Part shown: positions 1 through 7,398 of the stretch, piece by piece
How positions within the stretch are numbered: the stretch's first letter is position 1
How the letters are laid out: each line of letters opens with the position of its first letter
Source of the DNA: Bdellovibrionota bacterium
Lineage (GTDB): Bacteria; Bdellovibrionota_G; JALEGL01; DATDPG01
NCBI GenBank assembly: GCA_963668355.1
Contig: OY764265.1
Coordinates: forward strand, 2,528,001 to 2,592,000
Reading direction: 5' to 3'
DNA length: 64,000 nucleotides
The notes under the pieces: model-generated
What the model saw: only the letters and a program-made list of their open reading frames with translations
The model's database searches: none
Told to the model about the DNA's origin: nothing
Made by a program: the position numbers and the translations under genes

Positions 1-1266
1 GGGCAGATCGATAAAAGCTGTGCTCAAATTGCTCAAGAAGTGGCGGAGGATTCCGAAACAGACAATGACATCAACTGCGTGAACTTGGATCGAGATGAGC
101 ATCATCAAGTAAACCTGGATGATGTAGCGGTGTTTGCTCTTCTGTTACAGGAACACCCCGAGTTTTCTACCGACCTTTGTCACAATCCTGAAGCTGGAGA
201 TGGCGATCAACTCGCTCCGTACACGGAGGCCATTGCTTGGGTCAATACGAATCCACTGGATGCAGAAACGTTTGGCTCCTCGGACTACGAGTACTATTTG
301 AGTTTGATTGGAGGTGGCGAGGAGTCCGAAGTGCGAATTGATTCTGTGAGCTCTCTCTCTCTAGAACATGGTCAGAGCTACACAATTCAAGGAGAAGGGT
401 TTGGTGTGAAATATCCGGTAGAGCCTTGGCTTTATGACGATTTTGAAAACGGATCTATTGGGCAGATCATATCCGGGGAACATTGGTGTGTGGGATCTTC
501 ATATGGAGGAATTACACCGGAATATTCTAACGATGTTACTCGTGGTCAAAATCAAGTTGTGTCTAAGCAGGGACCGTTCGGAAATACAACGCTCGAGGCG
601 TGTGGTTACCCCTACGGAAGTCTTGGGGGGGAATTTTACGCAACAGGTTGGTTTCGTGGAGAGGATGAAGGTGGATCAAGAAGTTTCAAGTTTATTCAAG
701 CTAACGATGGAAACTGGGGAAATCCAAGGTTTAACTCTGGAGGAGACTGTAGTGGTTGGTATCGATCGAGTGCGGTTGGCTGCACCGGAAATTATGCGAT
801 ACCGCCTCAGGGGCTAGGCGGAAGTGTATTTACGGATCAATGGGATCGTTGGGAATGGCATGCCGATATGGGATCCCTGGCCCGGTGGCGAACATGGTCC
901 AACCAAGAGCTGAAACTTGATATGTACGGAAACGTATTTGATAACAGTAGCTGCTCGAATATCGAATCCGTCTATTTCTCGTCCTACTATGGCATTGGCG
1001 GCGATTGTCCAGAAGATGCCCATGGTTGGTGGTACTGGGATGAAGTCTATGTAGACAATACGCAGGCGCGTGTTGAGGTTTGCGATCGCGCAATGAAAAG
1101 CCAAGCCACTCATTGCGAGATTCAAATCCCTCATACAACTTGGAATGGCTCGTCTATTCATTTTAGGGTTAACAAAGGCTCTTTTTCTGAAGGGGCTACG
1201 GTTTATCTCTTCGTGATCGAATCTGCCGGAACTGCGAGCAATGGATTTCCGGTTTCATTAAGGTAA
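1..1266 (+). CDS. 5'-truncated secreted/surface protein: dockerin/EF-hand-like motif, Trp/Cys-rich beta domain, C-terminal Ig/IPT-like domain
   Basis: Frame is open from base 1 (GQIDKSCAQ...). DINCVNLDRDEHHQVNLDDVAVF resembles a dockerin-type Ca loop. The C-terminal WDEVYVDNTQARVEVCD...EIQIP..W...SI.F.VN.G segment resembles extracellular beta-sandwich proteins. Confidence 0.55.
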   Translation, partial: GQIDKSCAQIAQEVAEDSETDNDINCVNLDRDEHHQVNLDDVAVFALLLQEHPEFSTDLCHNPEAGDGDQLAPYTEAIAWVNTNPLDAETFGSSDYEYYLSLIGGGEESEVRIDSVSSLSLEHGQSYTIQGEGFGVKYPVEPWLYDDFENGSIGQIISGEHWCVGSSYGGITPEYSNDVTRGQNQVVSKQGPFGNTTLEACGYPYGSLGGEFYATGWFRGEDEGGSRSFKFIQANDGNWGNPRFNSGGDCSGWYRSSAVGCTGNYAIPPQGLGGSVFTDQWDRWEWHADMGSLARWRTWSNQELKLDMYGNVFDNSSCSNIESVYFSSYYGIGGDCPEDAHGWWYWDEVYVDNTQARVEVCDRAMKSQATHCEIQIPHTTWNGSSIHFRVNKGSFSEGATVYLFVIESAGTASNGFPVSLR

Positions 1267-1362
1267 GAGTCTAAGAAGATGTAATTTTAAATCGGCGGAC
1301 AGTCGACTGAGTTCGAATTGCTCGGTGCGCAAATAGGGTTACGTTGGGCATTCCCCGAATTA

Positions 1363-1675
1363 CAATCGAGTGAACGGATCTCACTTGGTTAGTCCGTTTG
1401 CGAGGGGGTAATTAGGGGAGCGAGCGCCTTACCGTTAAAGCGAGTCCCCCTAATTATAAAATAAATAATTCAATCGAGTGAACGGATCTCACTTGGTTAG
1501 TCCGTTTGCGAGGGGGTAATTAGGGGAGCGAGCGCCTTACCGTTAAAGCGAGTCCCCCTAATTATAAAATAAATAATTCAATCGAGTGAACGGATCTCAC
1601 TTGGTTAGTCCGTTTGCGAGGGGGTAATTAGGGGAGCGAGCGCCTTACCGTTAAAGCGAGTCCCCCTAATTATAA
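1363..1675 (-). repeat. Tandem array of ~3 identical 108-bp structured repeats (tRNA-linked family)
   Basis: CAATCGAGTGAACGGATCTC... starts at 1363, 1471 and 1579 (period 108); the last copy is truncated next to the att core. Contains hairpin arms ATTAGGGG/CCCCTAAT and AACGGA/TCCGTT. Confidence 0.97.
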
Positions 1676-1676
1676 T

Positions 1677-1683
1677 TGGTGGA
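1677..1683 (+). other. att junction core distal to the integrase (TGGTGGA)
   Basis: TGGTGGACCCTAGC matches TGGTGGAGCTGAGC (9058-9071) at 11 of 14 positions; both are followed shortly by ATCGAAC. Confidence 0.8.
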
Positions 1684-1766
1684 CCCTAGCTCCCGTGTAT
1701 CGAACTTTCTTTGCCTCTCGCCCCGACTTCAACGTTAATGAGATCACGGTTTTGCTGGCCGCTTGA
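1677..1766 (+). other. Cryptic C-terminal coding segment of the recombinase (WWTLAPVYRTFFASRPDFNVNEITVLLAA*), joined only in the excised circle
   Basis: The TGG TGG A core is read in the same frame as the recombinase WW codons at 9058-9063; open to TGA at 1764-1766. Confidence 0.75.
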
Positions 1767-1919
1767 CTTCAATGAAAACCAAATCCCCTCATAGAAACAA
1801 CCGTGTGCTGTCACCACGGGTGTGACACGGAGGTCGCCTGTGAGGACCCCTTGGGCCACCCATCTTCGTTTTGTTTAGTTCTTTCCTCTGTAATTATAAT
1901 GGGTTAGTAGATGCCAGAA

Positions 1920-1934
1920 TGGCACGAAGTTTGC
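1920..1934 (+). promoter_or_regulatory. Sigma-54 (-24/-12) promoter
   Basis: TGGCACGAAGTTTGC fits the consensus TGGCACG-N4-TTGC. It lies upstream of the GGAGG RBS (1981-1985) and ATG 1991. Confidence 0.7.
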
Positions 1935-1990
1935 GGAGAGTTCTGTAATGAGCATGAAGCGGCACAGCCGACAGAGCCAAGGAGGCAGTA

Positions 1991-2542
1991 ATGACAATGA
2001 GTAACATCCTACGGATTCCTCTTAACGAATCGCAATCATTGAGCCTCAAGTACATATCCAGTTTGATTGTGTTTACGTTCTGCTTTCTATCAACAGCACA
2101 CGCCCAGGATAGACCACCCGAAATCCGTCTTACGGATTTTGATGTGATCAAGGTTGAAAACTCTCACGAAGGCCGCGATATTTTTTGGGGAGCTGAGGGC
2201 ACAGCGGTGACGACAGCTGTTTTGCGCGATAACAAGAGCGGAATGATATATTCAGTGGGTTTTCCGTTTGGGACGTCACAACCTCTTATTGAGGACTACG
2301 TGGAGGCCAAAGAAGTATTTTATGAAGACACGAACGCAACAGCAAAAATGCTTGAAGCCTATCTGATATTTGAAAAGCACCAGGACGAAAGTGTGCTCTG
2401 GGACATGTCACCAGAGGATACTCAGAAGCTCAAAAGCGAATGCCTTAAACATCCAGAATACTGCAAGTCTCTCGTTCTTCGGCCACAACCCATAGGAGCC
2501 ATTCTTAGTTTCGTCTACAGCCAAATGTCCGCATCAAAGTAA
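1991..2542 (+). CDS. Hypothetical exported protein (element cargo)
   Basis: 183-aa ORF with RBS and a signal-peptide-like segment LIVFTFCFLSTAHA-Q. Confidence 0.7.
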   Translation: MTMSNILRIPLNESQSLSLKYISSLIVFTFCFLSTAHAQDRPPEIRLTDFDVIKVENSHEGRDIFWGAEGTAVTTAVLRDNKSGMIYSVGFPFGTSQPLIEDYVEAKEVFYEDTNATAKMLEAYLIFEKHQDESVLWDMSPEDTQKLKSECLKHPEYCKSLVLRPQPIGAILSFVYSQMSASK

Positions 2543-2598
2543 GGCTAAACTCAATATAGCGCACGTTGGCTAAAAACGACGACCACGATTCTTTCTGA

Positions 2599-2904
2599 CT
2601 AGAAGCTCCAAGTCACGCCATCGTCCGCGCCTGATACTCTTTGATCATCATCGGAAGAGGGATCTTCACAACGTCCGCCTTTGATTGTGAGGGCTGTGAG
2701 CATCGCATGTGCAATCCCCTTGATGTGCTGATCCAATTTCATGAGATCCTTCAATTCATGCCATCTGTAGGTCTTAGCAAGATTTGTAATCGTATTGGGA
2801 TGCACACAATGGCGCTTTGCTAACGATCTGCTGGCTTCGCCTAGCAGATAACCTCGGCGGATCTTCAACCTTTTCTCTCTTGGCACACGTTGTCCCGTTT
2901 TCAT
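2599..2904 (-). CDS. Small HTH protein resembling the phage terminase small subunit N-terminal domain
   Basis: IRRGYLLGEASRSLAKRHCVHPNTITNLAKTYRW is an HTH ending in the xxW typical of TerS-type HTHs. Confidence 0.5.
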   Translation of the reverse strand: MKTGQRVPREKRLKIRRGYLLGEASRSLAKRHCVHPNTITNLAKTYRWHELKDLMKLDQHIKGIAHAMLTALTIKGGRCEDPSSDDDQRVSGADDGVTWSF

Positions 2905-2909
2905 GGCCG

Positions 2910-3182
2910 TTACCCTCGTAGTTTGAACTCAGATGCAGTTGGATGGTTTGGTTTAGGAGGTTTATAAGTTGGCCTAGGTTTCGGAGCTGCGGGTACCCTT
3001 AGCGGCTTGATTGGGGGCGGTATACGCGGCGCTGGTTTTGGCCTAGAAAACGGATTTTTTCTACGCTCTTCCTCTTCTCTTTTTTTGCGCTCTTCAATAA
3101 AAGCAGATAACTCCGCCTTAGTAATTGCAATCCGATACCATGTGCCTGACCTGTCCAGTATGTAAAACCCTTCACGAACCAT
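2910..3182 (-). CDS. Hypothetical protein with Pro/Lys-rich C-terminus
   Basis: 90-aa ORF; AGGAG RBS upstream on the minus strand; co-oriented with its neighbours. Confidence 0.6.
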   Translation of the reverse strand: MVREGFYILDRSGTWYRIAITKAELSAFIEERKKREEEERRKNPFSRPKPAPRIPPPIKPLRVPAAPKPRPTYKPPKPNHPTASEFKLRG

Positions 3183-3348
3183 GATTATTCTTCTCCTTTT
3201 CCATCCGTTGGCGATGATCGTTCGTCCGAGAACGCACTACTGCCATTGACTTGGGCCTTTGCGCTCTTTCCAAGCATTGGTTCCCGTTACCTATATTGTG
3301 GCACAAAGTCGGCCGCGACCTATTTTGGAGGGTCACAAAAACGATGGG

Positions 3349-4656
3349 TCATCGTTGCTCTTGATCCAGATTGATGCGAACAGGTTTCTTTCGTTGGCCG
3401 TGGCTGAATTCAAAACGGTAAAGTGAAGAAGGAGTTGGCTTTTTGTGCCCATGTTTTTGTCGATATTCAAGATACCGTGCTCGTGTAAATGGTTTTCTGC
3501 CACGCCTTTTGCGTCTCTGGTTCTCGTTGTAGAGCTGTTGAGCCAAAGGGTCGGCATAGTGATTATATCTTCTTCGGCATGTGCCCTTATCGCAGCATAT
3601 GGCTTTCATCCCGCTGATAATCCAGGTGCCGCAGATCAAACATGGGAGCGCTACTCTTTCCAGCTTAGGCACGGCGAGAAAAAGGGAAATCGGATGTAGC
3701 AGCTCTTCTAGGGACTGCGGTTTTACCATTGACTTTTCCAACAACGACACCACCGTATGAATAGCAAGCCCAGAGAGCAATCCGTCCAAAGATTCTGTAT
3801 AAACTTGCCCTTCGCCGTTGATGATCAAGGACTCTTCCCACAGACGTCTCAGAAAATCGGTTTGAAGTGTGTGGAGCCAATCCATGTATCGAAAGTTGGA
3901 CAGGGCTATAGGTCGGCCAATCTGCAAATCTTCATTATTGGGAAGCCGATTTTGGCCAGCCGCTATTCGGTATTCAGTTGAAGTGCCACCAGTGATGTGC
4001 ATTGCCAGATTCTTGGGCGGGCATTCAAAGAAGCATGTAAACCCATCTTTCCACCGCGCTCTAAACCTCTGGATCGCCCTCACAACGGGCTTGGTGGCTT
4101 CTCTGTCGGTAAGGGCAAAACTCTTGTTGCCAAAATTGAGATAGTAATCGTGGAAAAAGGGATGCTGTTTGTCAGAGATTTGACCGAACCAACTAAAAGC
4201 GTTGGGAGCAAAGAAAAGTGCATTGCGATACACGGACTCAATAGGCGGATGCGCATAACGTAGAAAGAAATATGGTGATGGCGTTCTATCGCCTTTGGTA
4301 CGAGCCATTTGCCGAAATGACGAACCATGACCATCATCAGAGGCTATGAGTGGATAATAAAGCCGCAGAGGCCATCCTACGGGAGATACAAAGACGATAA
4401 AACGCGAGAGATATGATGAACACTCTTCTACTTTTCCAAGATCAAGATTCAGGAGAGTAGTTGTCAGCTGTTCTGGCTGATTTCCAAATAGTGAAATCAG
4501 CTTACTCAGAGCTTTCTCAACATCCGTTTGCGCCTTGGCTCTTGAAATTGCCCGTTTGATGCTTGCTAGAGGTTTTTTGATCTTGTCCTGCTCAACGCCT
4601 GACAACAGCAGGGTTGAAAGGTTTTGGAGGTGTCTCTTTTCGGTGCTCACTTTCAT
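3349..4656 (-). CDS. Hypothetical protein with C-terminal Cys-rich zinc finger and basic tail (possible regulator)
   Basis: Long ORF (TTG at 4683 or ATG at 4656). PCLICG...ICCDKGTCRRRYN motif followed by an Arg/Lys-rich tail. Divergent from the primase. Confidence 0.7.
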   Translation of the reverse strand: MKVSTEKRHLQNLSTLLLSGVEQDKIKKPLASIKRAISRAKAQTDVEKALSKLISLFGNQPEQLTTTLLNLDLGKVEECSSYLSRFIVFVSPVGWPLRLYYPLIASDDGHGSSFRQMARTKGDRTPSPYFFLRYAHPPIESVYRNALFFAPNAFSWFGQISDKQHPFFHDYYLNFGNKSFALTDREATKPVVRAIQRFRARWKDGFTCFFECPPKNLAMHITGGTSTEYRIAAGQNRLPNNEDLQIGRPIALSNFRYMDWLHTLQTDFLRRLWEESLIINGEGQVYTESLDGLLSGLAIHTVVSLLEKSMVKPQSLEELLHPISLFLAVPKLERVALPCLICGTWIISGMKAICCDKGTCRRRYNHYADPLAQQLYNENQRRKRRGRKPFTRARYLEYRQKHGHKKPTPSSLYRFEFSHGQRKKPVRINLDQEQR

Positions 4657-4684
4657 CGGTGGCAAAAATGAATGCAAGAACAAA

Positions 4685-4808
4685 TGTTATACAAAAACGC
4701 AGGCTTATCATGCCTAATATTTGTATAACAAATTAGTGAATAACATCAGGGTGTTGGAGCGTCATCGCGTGGGCACAATTGGTAGAATAGATATTGTGAA
4801 TATCACAA
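4685..4808. promoter_or_regulatory. Divergent promoter region with palindromic operator-like sites
   Basis: TGTTATACAAA (4685-4695) and TTTGTATAACA (4720-4730) form an inverted repeat; TTGTGA-ATA-TCACAA at 4794-4808. Confidence 0.5.
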
Positions 4809-4831
4809 ATCTATAACCAAAGGAGATAGTT

Positions 4832-7165
4832 ATGAATACGAAAAGACAACAAAACCACGTTAACGGTGAGGCTAGGAAGGTGGCGATACGAAATCATCCC
4901 TTCACGGCAGTGCGATTTAGACATGAGAGGGACAATATCCCCAGAACCTGGAAGGGTACTCTGCCCGATCTCTTTGGACCAGAGCCGATGATCCGCACCC
5001 AAAAGTTGGGGTGCCCAGGTTTTTCATTTGCAAAGTATAGAGACGGTACCATTCGCGGAAATGATGATGTTCAAGCCATCACGGCCTTGGCTTTTGATCT
5101 TGACCACATCCCGAATGATGAGTTGGAAACTCTGAAAAGCAAACTTCAGGATCACGCATTTGGGATTTACACCTCTTTTAATCATCGCTTAGATGGGGAG
5201 GACGATAACCGTCTCAGGCTAATACTTCCGACAAGTCGGGAGATCCTTCCAGGGGAATATGACAGGATTTGGAGAAAAATAGGTCAATGGCTTAATGGCT
5301 GGGTTGATGGTCAAACAAGCGATATAGCCCGGCTGTTCTTTTTGCCTTCGTGCCCGTTCGAACGCAAGGATGAAGCATACATCGAGTACCATGATGGTTT
5401 CCTCTTTGATGTGGACGACGCTTTTGTGGACTCTGGAACCTCTCCCCCTGATGAAAGTCCAAGACCCGCCCAAAATGGCGGCGAGAAGGATGCGATTCCT
5501 CAAGGCCAACGCAACTCACGTCTAACCTCGATAGCTGGGAAATTGAGAAGTATGGGCGCGACCGAAGAGGAGCTTTCGATTGCATTGGATTCGAAGAATA
5601 TGGCTTTCTGTGATCCACCTCTCCCTCAAAAGGAGGTGGATCAAATTGTTAAATCTATAGCGAAATATCCAATCAATGGAAATCCGCTCGTTTCAGCTCC
5701 GTATTCAGATACGGGCAATGCTGATCGCCTTATTGAACATTCTGGCACTGATATTCGCTATGCCCCAAGTTGGGGATGGCTCATCTGGGACGGCACTCGT
5801 TGGAAACGAGATGATGCAAACCAGATCGTGGAAAAAGCCAAGGAAGCTATAAGAGCAACGATAGAGGCAGCTAGAGCGGTCACTGACGATCTATGGAGAG
5901 AGAACCTTAGAACTCATTGCCGCAAGAGCCTCAATAAGAGGCCTTTGGAGGCGATGGTTGATTTGGCCCGCAGTGATGCCAGAGTTCTTGTCACGCATGA
6001 CAAATTCAACAGCGATGCATTCTTGTTGAATTGTGTAAATGGAACGATTGATCTTAAGACTGGTCAGTTGCTGCCGCATAAACGGGACGACTTGATCACC
6101 AGGGTTAGCCGCATACCTTATGACCCATCTGCCTTCTCTCCAAAATGGGAAGTGTTTCTAGATCGGATCTTTGATGGAAACCAGAGATTGGTAGAATTCT
6201 GTCAACGTGCATTTGGCTACGCGCTGACGGGTTCTATCAGGGAACAAGTATTTTTCCTTCTCTATGGCACGGGCGCTAATGGCAAAAGCAAATACCTTCA
6301 GGCCCTACGCCATGTCTTAGGTGATTATGCCGTAAGTGCGGCCATCAAGACCTTCTTACGGCAACATAATGATAACATTCGTAACGATCTGGCCAGACTG
6401 GATGGACCGCGAGTTGTTTGTGCTTCAGAGCCCGAAGCAGGTCAGCAGCTGGATGAATCTCTCGTAAAGCAGTTAACCGGCGAAGATGAGATTACGGCCA
6501 GATTTCTTCACAAAGAGCATTTTGATTTCTTGCCGCGGTTCAAGTTGCATATTGCAGCCAATCATCAACCGAATATCCGTGGCACCAATAACGGCATATG
6601 GCGGAGAGTTCATCTCATACCGTTCACGGTCACAATTCCAGAATCTGAGCAAAATAAGGATCTGTTTGAGGATCTGCAAAGCGAAGCGGCTGGGATACTA
6701 AACTGGGGTGTCAAAGGCTGCTTGGAATACCTCAAAAAAGGTCTATGCCCCCCATCTGAAGTTCAGCTTGCCACTGAAGATTACCGAAATGAGATGGATG
6801 TGCTCAGTGATTTTATACTCAGCAAATGCACCACTGGACCTGATGTGGAGGTGTCTGCCACCGCCCTCTTTGATGCGTATCTTAAATGGTGCGACGAGCA
6901 GAAACAGAAGGCGGTTTCTAGGAAAAGTTTTGTGCAAATGCTGCGCGAAAGAGGTTTGGAGCACAAACGTGGCAGCGGTGGCCGCTACGTCTGGAAACGG
7001 ATCACACTTCTTGATGACATTAGGCTTTCATCTCCAGTGAACAGTGAAGCGAATGGAACCGAAAATGAGGATTCAGATACAAATAAATCTGTAGGTAAAA
7101 CATCGGACGACGGTTCACTTCATTCACAGACCAGCCAAACGGCAGAGTCAAAGAAGGGGATCTGA
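4832..7165 (+). CDS. Phage/plasmid primase-helicase, P4/D5 family (primase-like N-terminus, PriCT-1, D5_N, SF3 helicase, C-terminal winged helix)
   Basis: AFDLDH and YTSFNH primase-like motifs; IPQGQRNSRLTSIAGKL (PriCT-1); WLIWDGTRWKRD and LLNCVNGTIDL (D5_N); Walker A GTGANGKS; VKQLTGEDEITARFLH. Confidence 0.92.
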   Translation: MNTKRQQNHVNGEARKVAIRNHPFTAVRFRHERDNIPRTWKGTLPDLFGPEPMIRTQKLGCPGFSFAKYRDGTIRGNDDVQAITALAFDLDHIPNDELETLKSKLQDHAFGIYTSFNHRLDGEDDNRLRLILPTSREILPGEYDRIWRKIGQWLNGWVDGQTSDIARLFFLPSCPFERKDEAYIEYHDGFLFDVDDAFVDSGTSPPDESPRPAQNGGEKDAIPQGQRNSRLTSIAGKLRSMGATEEELSIALDSKNMAFCDPPLPQKEVDQIVKSIAKYPINGNPLVSAPYSDTGNADRLIEHSGTDIRYAPSWGWLIWDGTRWKRDDANQIVEKAKEAIRATIEAARAVTDDLWRENLRTHCRKSLNKRPLEAMVDLARSDARVLVTHDKFNSDAFLLNCVNGTIDLKTGQLLPHKRDDLITRVSRIPYDPSAFSPKWEVFLDRIFDGNQRLVEFCQRAFGYALTGSIREQVFFLLYGTGANGKSKYLQALRHVLGDYAVSAAIKTFLRQHNDNIRNDLARLDGPRVVCASEPEAGQQLDESLVKQLTGEDEITARFLHKEHFDFLPRFKLHIAANHQPNIRGTNNGIWRRVHLIPFTVTIPESEQNKDLFEDLQSEAAGILNWGVKGCLEYLKKGLCPPSEVQLATEDYRNEMDVLSDFILSKCTTGPDVEVSATALFDAYLKWCDEQKQKAVSRKSFVQMLRERGLEHKRGSGGRYVWKRITLLDDIRLSSPVNSEANGTENEDSDTNKSVGKTSDDGSLHSQTSQTAESKKGI

Positions 7166-7395
7166 TGTCCTTCTATGAAAGAAGTGGTTCTTCTCTACCT
7201 CATGGGATCAGTGCCAAACCTGAGCTACAAACTGAGCGGTCGAGTATCGAACCAGAGAGAAAATTCGACTATAGCTTCTGGGAAAAGCAGTACAATCGAA
7301 AGTTAAGTGATGTGGAGAAGATTGAAATTGAATCAAACATCAAGGCCCTCCTGGGTTTGCTTAAAGCGGAATATGAACGCAGGAGGGGAGCGTAG
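7165..7395 (+). CDS. Small protein coupled between primase and recombinase (candidate directionality factor)
   Basis: Start overlaps the primase stop (TGATG); ends 3 nt before the recombinase ATG; helical WEKQYNRKLSDVEKIEIESNI motif. Confidence 0.6.
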   Translation: MSFYERSGSSLPHGISAKPELQTERSSIEPERKFDYSFWEKQYNRKLSDVEKIEIESNIKALLGLLKAEYERRRGA

Positions 7396-7398
7396 ATC

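Noticed and set aside
1363..1675. CRISPR array (also 11556-11845)
   Set aside because: Units are 100-108 bp and essentially identical end to end, with no unique spacers and no cas genes in the window.
3299..3313. Sigma-54-like TGGCACAAAGTCGGC
   Set aside because: Weak -12 box, and it points antisense into the Zn-finger gene with no credible plus-strand gene downstream.
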